DNA from: Candidatus Hydrogenedentota bacterium
GTDB lineage: Bacteria; Hydrogenedentota; Hydrogenedentia; Hydrogenedentales; SLHB01
Reading direction: 5' to 3'
Length of the DNA stretch: 21,783 nucleotides
Assembly (NCBI GenBank): GCA_034408725.1
Contig: JAWXCN010000178.1
Coordinates: 1 to 21,783 of the forward strand
Shown here: positions 1 to 6,707 of the stretch, piece after piece
Position numbering within the stretch: the first letter of the stretch is position 1
How the letters are laid out: the number at the start of each line of letters is the position of its first letter
The notes under the pieces: model-generated
Told to the model about the DNA's origin: nothing
Database searches by the model: none
Seen by the model: only the letters and a program-made list of their open reading frames with translations
Program-made: the position numbers and the translations under genes

Positions 1-81
1 ACTCCAAGGCGCTCCGCGCGGATTTTAGACGTCAATTGGCCGCGCGCAGCGCCTTGGACTGCGGCGTGTCAGCGCCGCTTT
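1..81. repeat. REPIN/BIME-like unit 1 (inverted pair of REP hairpins, left end truncated by the window)
   Basis: ccaaggcgctccgcgcgg (4-21) is the reverse complement of ccgcgcgcagcgccttgg (40-57) with 1 mismatch. The right arm ends in the hairpin ttggact-gcggcg-tgtcag-cgccgc-ttt. It is a direct repeat of 214-287. Confidence 0.85.
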
Positions 82-189
82 CACTTCGGGGTACTCGAAT
101 GCTCCAATATATTTGAAGGCTTCAGGAACTCGTGAATAGAAAACAGGGCAATCACACGTAACTGCGAAGCGACTTTACCCAGGAAATGG

Positions 190-287
190 AAAGCGGCATC
201 TACCCGCAGCCGCACTCCAAGGCGCTCCGCGCGGATTTCGGACGTCATTGGCTGCGCGTAGCGCTGGTCCCCCGACAGCGCCGCTTT
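190..287. repeat. REPIN/BIME-like unit 2
   Basis: Bounded by inverted aaagcggc (190-197) and gccgcttt (280-287). The left arm is the hairpin gcggc-N11-gccgc plus actccaa. Positions 214-238 are identical to 1-25, and the right arm is partly decayed. Confidence 0.85.
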
Positions 288-364
288 ACTTTGGCGTCGC
301 CGGGTTATTCGGGACTTAAGCGCGATTGCCCTGGTATTTTCCCGTTCGTCCGTGTTCGTCCATG

Positions 365-1588
365 TCATTTCAATACAAACGAATCAATCTCCTTGCCCTC
401 ATCATTCACCGCCCGGAACTTGATATTCCGCTTCGATACGTCAATGACCCAAAAATGCTCATCGGCCAGTTCGACGGCGTTGTACCAGCGAGGTTGCGCA
501 TCAATCGTGCGCGTGCCGCGGCCAAAGCAGCCATCGCCAATATAGACGATCCCGTCCTTCTTGACGACTTTGTCGCCCTTTAACATCTTCGAGCGCTTGA
601 ACACGTGGTCGTGGTGTTCGAGGCCGGCTGTCAAGCCGTACTGATCAAATACGGGCAACCAATGGGTCCTGCCTTCGACAGAACCACCGCCTTCGGTGGG
701 CCGATGGGCTGGATAAAGCGGCACATGGTACGCCGCGAACTTGTATTTCACGCCCTGGAACTTGGCCATCTCGCTTTTCAGCCATTCGGTTTGCGCGCCG
801 CCGTGGGGCGCCAGATGGCCCGAGTCAAGAAAAAACACGACCAGGTTTTCGCCGAACTGGCGCGAATAATAAATATTCTCGCCCTGCCGCCCAAAAAGGC
901 CCGTGTACCACGGCGCGCGCATATCGTTCCGCTCGCTCTCATAACGATTGGTCTCGTGATTTCCAATGGCGGTTGTAATCGGGATCATGCGGCCATCGGT
1001 GGCGACCATGAGTTGGTCCCAGTTGTTGAGCCACGTGTCCCACATCGCGAAACTTCCAAGCAATCCGTTGACATACGCAATGTCACCACCTATCAAACCA
1101 AAATCCGGGTCCTGTTTGCCTGCAAGGGTGAGCAGCGGAATGACCTTTCCGTCGATCCCCATGTCGCCGCCATTGACGATGCGGAAAGGCTTGTCACCGC
1201 CGGGTAGTGTCCGGAATTTGCGCTCCCTCGACAATCCATAGATGGCTTCACCGGCGATAAAGTGGTAGACCGTGCCGGGCTTGAGGCCCGTGATGCGCGC
1301 GACGTAGAGCGAGCGCCTGTCGCTGAGTTCCATCGTGGTCTGCACGTAATCCGCTTTGACGTGGTGTTTGTACGCCGCCGGGTCCGTACCGCGCGCTTCG
1401 GTATCGTAATGAACATCGACAGACTCGATCTTGCTTTTATCACGTTGGAGAATGTTGATGTCGATCGAGGTCTCCGGCGCGCCCGAATACGTCAGGTAAA
1501 CGTGAAGCGGTTCTGCATTCGCACTCGATACCACAAGCAGCGCAATGACAATCACCACTGAGCGCCAGCATTGGACATAATTCTTCAT
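365..1588 (-). CDS. Secreted purple-acid-phosphatase-like metallophosphoesterase with N-terminal Fn3-like domain (407 aa)
   Basis: Motifs GDMG, GDIAY, GNHE, YHVP, EHHDH. Fn3-like stretch ITGLKPGTVYHF. Signal peptide ending ANA. Start moved to ATG 1588 (GAGG upstream). Confidence 0.88.
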   Translation of the reverse strand: MKNYVQCWRSVVIVIALLVVSSANAEPLHVYLTYSGAPETSIDINILQRDKSKIESVDVHYDTEARGTDPAAYKHHVKADYVQTTMELSDRRSLYVARITGLKPGTVYHFIAGEAIYGLSRERKFRTLPGGDKPFRIVNGGDMGIDGKVIPLLTLAGKQDPDFGLIGGDIAYVNGLLGSFAMWDTWLNNWDQLMVATDGRMIPITTAIGNHETNRYESERNDMRAPWYTGLFGRQGENIYYSRQFGENLVVFFLDSGHLAPHGGAQTEWLKSEMAKFQGVKYKFAAYHVPLYPAHRPTEGGGSVEGRTHWLPVFDQYGLTAGLEHHDHVFKRSKMLKGDKVVKKDGIVYIGDGCFGRGTRTIDAQPRWYNAVELADEHFWVIDVSKRNIKFRAVNDEGKEIDSFVLK

Positions 1589-1628
1589 CAGATTTACCTC
1601 TTTACATTGTTGCGGCAGCGTCCACCCG

Positions 1629-2894
1629 TTACTTTTGCGCCTTCTCGTGACCCCGCAGTTCAACCGTCTTCTTCTCGACCGCCTTCAACTTCGCATCGGA
1701 CCAACTGACCTTGGGCGCATTGATATAATCCGCATACCGGTCCGCAACCTTAGCCGCTTTCGCGTCGCCGCGATGAACGTAGATGCGGTAGTTAAACGTC
1801 AGCAGTTCGCCCTGTTTGATGGTGTAATCGCCGTTCTTTTCCTTCTTCGTGAAATCGGAATACCCGAAGCAGTTCGCGCCCATCAGCCCGTAATCGCGCA
1901 CATGCCATGTCGTGGGATACCGCAGGTTCGCCGGATTGTCGAAAACCGTGATGCCGTGCGCCCCCTTGCCCTCGACGGGCCCGGTATAGTCGCACCACGC
2001 CGAGGGCTTGCCCCACGTCGCCCCACCGGTGATGCCATCGGCGTTTGTGATCTCTCCGCCATTTTTGAGAGTCATCGAATCACGCATGCGGAATGCCACG
2101 ATGCCGCCTTCTTTCGTGTCAATGAACTTCACGTCCTGATCAATGGGCGTAAACTTAACCTGCACGTCCAACAAACGCGCATCCTTTTTACCCGGATAAA
2201 AACGGTACTCGCGCTCTTCGAGGCAGACCGGTTTGTGGTCCTTGTCGGCCCAAGTATTTTTCGCGTGAATCCAGCCGTATCCGTCCCCGGAACCGTAGGT
2301 CACTTCGTTGGTTTCCTGCCAGCCTGCATTGTCTGTCTCGCCCCAGCAATCCGCCCCATTCACATTGCCGTAGGAGGACCAGAACGAACGGTGATGTGGA
2401 TGGTCGTCGGTCTGTTCTTTCTCTCCCATCGGAAACGCGCGCGTGACGGGCACGTCCCCGTCGCTCAACACCGGCCAAAGATATGGTTTGCGGGCCTCTT
2501 TCGGATACCAATAGGTCGTGAAAGCCACGTCGTCGATCAGGACGTCGATGGCGTTCTCGTTTTCGCGCTTCGTGACTCGCACGCGCGGAGGCACATTGTC
2601 CTTCTGGACCTTGACCGCGAAAAGGTGTTCGGTTCCCGGGCGCGCGCCTTCGGGCACGAACGTCAGTTCGCCGTTGCGCAATGTCCCCAGAAATTCCTTG
2701 GCGGTCTTGCTCTGGATCAAGCGAATGACTTCGCCTTCTCCAATCGTGCCGTCGAACGGAATCGAGACGGGAACGTCCACGCTGGTCTGGTCGCCGGCCT
2801 CGAGCAGAATCGACTTGCCGTCCAACGTATCCGCCGCCACCGGAACGGTCAGCGCGACGGCAGTGAACATCAAAAGCAACACGCGGTACGACAT
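1629..2894 (-). CDS. Secreted DUF6807 / 'PmoA'-family (PF14100-like) protein, function unknown (421 aa)
   Basis: Motifs KPYLWPV, DHPHHRSFW, DTKEGG, WCDYTG, WHVRDYGLMGANCFG. Signal peptide. ATG 2894 with AGGAGG RBS. Confidence 0.75.
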   Translation of the reverse strand: MSYRVLLLMFTAVALTVPVAADTLDGKSILLEAGDQTSVDVPVSIPFDGTIGEGEVIRLIQSKTAKEFLGTLRNGELTFVPEGARPGTEHLFAVKVQKDNVPPRVRVTKRENENAIDVLIDDVAFTTYWYPKEARKPYLWPVLSDGDVPVTRAFPMGEKEQTDDHPHHRSFWSSYGNVNGADCWGETDNAGWQETNEVTYGSGDGYGWIHAKNTWADKDHKPVCLEEREYRFYPGKKDARLLDVQVKFTPIDQDVKFIDTKEGGIVAFRMRDSMTLKNGGEITNADGITGGATWGKPSAWCDYTGPVEGKGAHGITVFDNPANLRYPTTWHVRDYGLMGANCFGYSDFTKKEKNGDYTIKQGELLTFNYRIYVHRGDAKAAKVADRYADYINAPKVSWSDAKLKAVEKKTVELRGHEKAQK

Positions 2895-2952
2895 GGGTAT
2901 CCTCCTGATTGGAAGGTTTGCACCTGCGATAGTTGAACGAATGGCGCGCCGC

Positions 2953-3726
2953 TCATGCACCCGCGTCGAGACCAGCCGCCTCCGCTTTGATCCGATGATA
3001 CCAATCGATCTCAACCACCTCAATGCCGCGGATTATGATGGGGAACTCGGCGGGGTCGAGTGAACGGAACAGCGCGAGGCCCCGCGTTAACACCTCATGG
3101 CCCAATGCAAAACCCGCGAGTTCCTCTTCGTGGTAGAGATCTGGGCGGGATTCCATGAGGCCCTTCGAGTTGCGCATGATCTCAACGGTGGCCTCAAGAA
3201 GTTTCACATTCGAGAGATGGTGAAAAAGTTTGAGTGTCTCGTCCCGGAATGACGTCATTTCGGTTTCCGGAAGGGACGCGACCATGCGGACCATGATATC
3301 GTGATCGCCTATAGATTCCGGCGGGAGTTTGTGCTTCGTCGCGTAGGCCAGCAACGTATCTTCAAGCTTGCGGGTCTCGATATACGCTTCCAACGTATTC
3401 TTGCCGGCCGAAACCGCGGAGGGAAACATGCGCCCCAGTTTCCATACGGACTTGAAGGCCATGGACATGAGCGGCACCATGCGCTTGGGTGATCGGATAA
3501 TCTCGCCCATGCGGTCAAAGGCATCGTCCAACCGGTCGCGGTCCTTCGACGCGGGATAAATGCACTCCAGAAAGAAATCGCGCAGCGCGTCGAGTTTCGC
3601 GTTGGAGATAGCGTCCAACTCGGGAAAGCGCCGGCAATTCTCCGCCAGGTAGCGTTGCCGGATTTGCTCGCGAAACACGTCAATGATAGCGTGCTGCAGG
3701 TTGTCGCTTTTTGTAGGGGGTGCCAT
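2953..3726 (-). CDS. Hypothetical soluble, largely alpha-helical protein (257 aa)
   Basis: Protein-like composition from MAPPTKSD onward. The upstream part of the track ORF overlaps the divergent gene and is discarded. No motif recognised. Confidence 0.75.
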   Translation of the reverse strand: MAPPTKSDNLQHAIIDVFREQIRQRYLAENCRRFPELDAISNAKLDALRDFFLECIYPASKDRDRLDDAFDRMGEIIRSPKRMVPLMSMAFKSVWKLGRMFPSAVSAGKNTLEAYIETRKLEDTLLAYATKHKLPPESIGDHDIMVRMVASLPETEMTSFRDETLKLFHHLSNVKLLEATVEIMRNSKGLMESRPDLYHEEELAGFALGHEVLTRGLALFRSLDPAEFPIIIRGIEVVEIDWYHRIKAEAAGLDAGA

Positions 3727-3781
3727 GTACTGATTCACGATAGCGCCCCGAAGTGTGGTTGGCAAATCGAAGGAAATTGCC

Positions 3782-4957
3782 TTGAAAAAATACCAGGTCG
3801 TCGTCGTTATCGTTGTCGTTTGTCTTGCGGCAAATTGCGCACGAGTCAGAACGTCTGAACGTGAACCTTCAGAAGATCGCATCGCCTGGATCGAGAATAA
3901 CCTGCGATCAGCGTTGGAGAAAAAACACGGAGCAAAGCCCCATACAATCGCCGAGGAGATGGCGCGCGCAAATGTTCCCGGCGTCAGCGTCGCCGTCATC
4001 GAGAATTATAAGATTGCATGGGCGAAAGGCTATGGCGTGCGCGAAGCCGGAGAGCCGGACCCTGTGACCGCCGAAACCCTGTTTCAGGCCGCATCCATCT
4101 CCAAACCTTTCGCAGCGCTCGCTGCTTTGCGACTCGTCCGCGACGGTAATCTGAATCTGGACACGGACGTCAACGGCGCCCTGCAATCGTGGAAACTGCC
4201 CAAAAGCGATCTAGGACCAGTCACGCTGCGGCAATTACTCAGTCATCGCGCGGGACTGAATGTCAGCGGGTTCCCAGGATACTCCGCGGCCGCGCCGGCG
4301 CCGTCAGTGATTCAGGTGCTTAATGGCGAACCCCCTGCAAACACGCCCGCGGTGCGCATTGAAAAGAAACCGGGGGCGCAATTCCAATACTCTGGTGGCG
4401 GATACACCATCGTACAGTTGCTACTGACAGACATTGATCCAAAACCGTTTCCTGCTTTGATGCGCAGCCTTGTACTCGAGCCGCTGGGCATGAAACACAG
4501 CACATTTGATCACCCCCTGCCCGCGCCGCTCTCGGACAGCACCGCGACAGCGCACTTGAACGGAAAGCCGGTCGAAGGCCGCTATCATGTCTACCCCGAA
4601 ATGGCCGCCGCGGGTCTCTGGACGACACCGTCGGATTTGGCGCTAGCCGCCATCGCATTGCAACATACAAAATCGGGCAAGGCATCGCCCGTGCTCGATC
4701 AAGCAGGTATCAACGAAATGTGGACGAAACAGGGCGATGGTCCGTGTGGCCTTGGCTTTTTTCTCTCCGGCGAGGGCGACGCATCGCGCTTCGAACACAA
4801 CGGCGGGAACGAGGGGTTTACCTGTCTGCTTGTCGCCTACCAGGACAAAGGCTACGGCGCGGCAATCATGACAAACTCGAGCACCGGCCCAAGACTCTAC
4901 GAAAAACTGCTACGCGCAATCGCCGACGCATACGATTGGCCAGAATTTAGCGAGTAG
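3782..4957 (+). CDS. Serine hydrolase, beta-lactamase class C / AmpC-PBP fold, exported (possible lipoprotein)
   Basis: SxxK (FQAASISK), LLSHRAG, FQYSGGG, HNGGNEGF. Likely TTG start at 3782 after AAGGA. Signal peptide KKYQVVVVIVVVCLAANC. Confidence 0.88.
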   Translation: MKKYQVVVVIVVVCLAANCARVRTSEREPSEDRIAWIENNLRSALEKKHGAKPHTIAEEMARANVPGVSVAVIENYKIAWAKGYGVREAGEPDPVTAETLFQAASISKPFAALAALRLVRDGNLNLDTDVNGALQSWKLPKSDLGPVTLRQLLSHRAGLNVSGFPGYSAAAPAPSVIQVLNGEPPANTPAVRIEKKPGAQFQYSGGGYTIVQLLLTDIDPKPFPALMRSLVLEPLGMKHSTFDHPLPAPLSDSTATAHLNGKPVEGRYHVYPEMAAAGLWTTPSDLALAAIALQHTKSGKASPVLDQAGINEMWTKQGDGPCGLGFFLSGEGDASRFEHNGGNEGFTCLLVAYQDKGYGAAIMTNSSTGPRLYEKLLRAIADAYDWPEFSE

Positions 4958-4984
4958 CGAGAATTTTCAAACGTACGTAATTGT

Positions 4985-5026
4985 CGCGCGTAGCGAGTTG
5001 AAGTGCGGCAGCGGTAGCTACGCTTT
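4985..5026. repeat. Degenerate single copy of the same REP family
   Basis: cgcgcgtagcgagttgaagtgcggcagc-ggta-gctacgcttt aligns with 41-81 (cgcgcgcagcgccttggactgcggc...cgccgcttt). It lies between convergent genes. Confidence 0.6.
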
Positions 5027-5032
5027 TTTCTC

Positions 5033-5287
5033 TCACACCTGGTTCAGCGGAATCGATTCGTCAATCAGCATGATCGGGATATCATCGCGAATTGCGTACA
5101 TGTACGCACGGTCCTCGCGCACAAGACCACCGTCGATACGCTCTTCGATTTTTTCCCCGCCGCGATTTTTCAGCGTGCCCGCCTCAATGGCGGAATTCGC
5201 CTTCGCGATTAAAGCGTCGTCCGCCACCGAAACGGGCGTCTTGTTTTCCGGACACACCAGTATGCTGAGTAGTTCTGCGTCAACCAT
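5033..5287 (-). CDS. Trm112-like (UPF0434/YcaR family) protein (84 aa)
   Basis: N-terminal LLSILVCPENK and C-terminal YAIRDDIPIMLIDE are the family signatures, with a long internal insertion between them. Confidence 0.85.
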   Translation of the reverse strand: MVDAELLSILVCPENKTPVSVADDALIAKANSAIEAGTLKNRGGEKIEERIDGGLVREDRAYMYAIRDDIPIMLIDESIPLNQV

Positions 5288-5386
5288 GTTTTTCGATACC
5301 TTGTAGTTCGTGCGCCGCCCCGCCAACACGTGTGCGCCGCATTGTAATCATCCACGGTGTTCCGTGTCCATGCCTTGCATTCGCGG

Positions 5387-6397
5387 CTACGCCGAATAAT
5401 CCTCGAATACGGTGCGAATGGCGTGGAGCGCGGTTTCATGCAGCAGACCGTTCGTCGCGACGATGCCGACATTACCGGTCAATGATCGCCCTTGCGTGAA
5501 ATCCAGTGGTTTTCCCGTTAGGTCCGTGACACGGCCGCCTGCCTCCTCGACGATGATCGATCCGGCGGCGTGGTCCCAGATGCGTTCTCGGTAGTCCGGC
5601 TGCGCCTTCGTGAGCAGGCGAAAGAGCAGGTCGCCATAGCCCGCGGCAATGACGGCGTATTTTGCCTGACTGTCCATCAGCACGGGTTCGTGCTTCACAC
5701 CCAGTAGTTCCATCAACTGCGCAACCCGCCCGACGTTCGTATGCCCGGCATCGACCGAGCGGAGCACCTGCGCGTCAGCGGAATCGGTGTTGCCCGACAC
5801 CTTCAGTTGCGTCAGTGCGCCATCGCTGCCGGACATGGATTGCGTCCATGTGCCTTTTCCGCGTTGCGCAACGATAATTGATCCGGGTCCACTATGGTCG
5901 GGTATATGGCCATCTCGAAGGTTTGGGCAGCCAAGCACGCCAATTTGCACCTGCCCATTGACCACCAGCGCAAGCGCCACCGCATATTGGTCTCCGCGCA
6001 GAAAACCTTTGGTGCCGTCAATGGGGTCGAGAGTCCAGTATCGGTCTGAGGTGGATGCGCCGCCGCGATCGATCCATGCACACACGGTTTCCGCAGTGGA
6101 ATAGGCCATATGCCGGCCAATAAAACTCGCAACTTTTTCGAGAGTCTCGCGGGAGTCCGGATCGCGCAGGTGCGCCGAATCTTCTTCAGCTACGAGGGGG
6201 TCATTTGGAAACACGCGTTCCAAGAGGCAGCTTACGATCGCCTGTGCTGCGAAATCGGCGACCGTGACGGGAGACTTATCGGTCTTTGTGATGGACTGGT
6301 TCACCAGTTCGCGCTCGACGCTTTTCACAAGCACTGATGCCTGGCGCACTGCCTCCATCGCGAATTCAACTTCCGGCGCCGTTCGGTCCAACTGCAT
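5387..6397 (-). CDS. 3'(2'),5'-bisphosphate nucleotidase, HAL2/MET22/SAL1 type (inositol monophosphatase superfamily; 336 aa)
   Basis: KTDKSPVTVADF, AEEDS, WTLDPIDGTKGFLRGDQYAVALAL, GVLGCPNL, DSQAKY, ERIWDHAAG. ATG 6397 with GGAG upstream. Confidence 0.9.
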   Translation of the reverse strand: MQLDRTAPEVEFAMEAVRQASVLVKSVERELVNQSITKTDKSPVTVADFAAQAIVSCLLERVFPNDPLVAEEDSAHLRDPDSRETLEKVASFIGRHMAYSTAETVCAWIDRGGASTSDRYWTLDPIDGTKGFLRGDQYAVALALVVNGQVQIGVLGCPNLRDGHIPDHSGPGSIIVAQRGKGTWTQSMSGSDGALTQLKVSGNTDSADAQVLRSVDAGHTNVGRVAQLMELLGVKHEPVLMDSQAKYAVIAAGYGDLLFRLLTKAQPDYRERIWDHAAGSIIVEEAGGRVTDLTGKPLDFTQGRSLTGNVGIVATNGLLHETALHAIRTVFEDYSA

Positions 6398-6490
6398 GAT
6401 GCGAATACTCCCTGCGTGCGTGTGAAGCCGCACATAATAGCGGATGCGGCCCGGCCATCCTACTCAAGAAAAAAAATGAGCGCGGCCCTG

Positions 6491-6526
6491 TACGTCCTGT
6501 TTCAGAGACTGGACGTATGCTATACT
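6491..6526 (+). promoter_or_regulatory. 27-bp imperfect palindrome abutting an extended -10 element
   Basis: tacgtcctgtttc-a-gagactggacgta (6491-6517), then TG-c-TATACT (6518-6526), in the divergent intergenic region. Confidence 0.5.
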
Positions 6527-6707
6527 TCGCCGCCCTGCCCGGAACGTGGAATCGGGCGCGGCGCATTGAATGCACGGGAGCGGAACCGCTTCCCACACGT
6601 TTGCAAATGGGAACACCGCCAATGACGCTCGCACCGGAACGGCATGCAGGCCGCAGTTTTCCCATGCGCCGGCTGCCCTCCATTCTCGGGCGCGCAAAGT
6701 ACCCAGA

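Noticed and set aside
1..287. CRISPR array (repeat-spacer-repeat)
   Set aside because: Only two units. The repeats (about 100 bp) and spacer (about 108 bp) are too long and divergent, there are no cas genes, and related copies are dispersed like REPs.
1629..2894. Particulate methane monooxygenase subunit (because of the 'PmoA' family label)
   Set aside because: This is a soluble secreted protein. True PmoA is a multi-TM protein in a pmoCAB operon.
1635..2936. 433-aa plus-strand ORF
   Set aside because: Antisense shadow of the DUF6807 gene with no motifs. Such shadows are common in GC-rich DNA.
3797..3820. (GTC/GTT)n microsatellite
   Set aside because: It simply encodes the poly-Val core of the signal peptide.
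3782..4957. Bona fide antibiotic-resistance beta-lactamase
   Set aside because: YSG instead of YxN and HNG instead of KTG fit the broad esterase/peptidase members of the fold. There is no mobile context.
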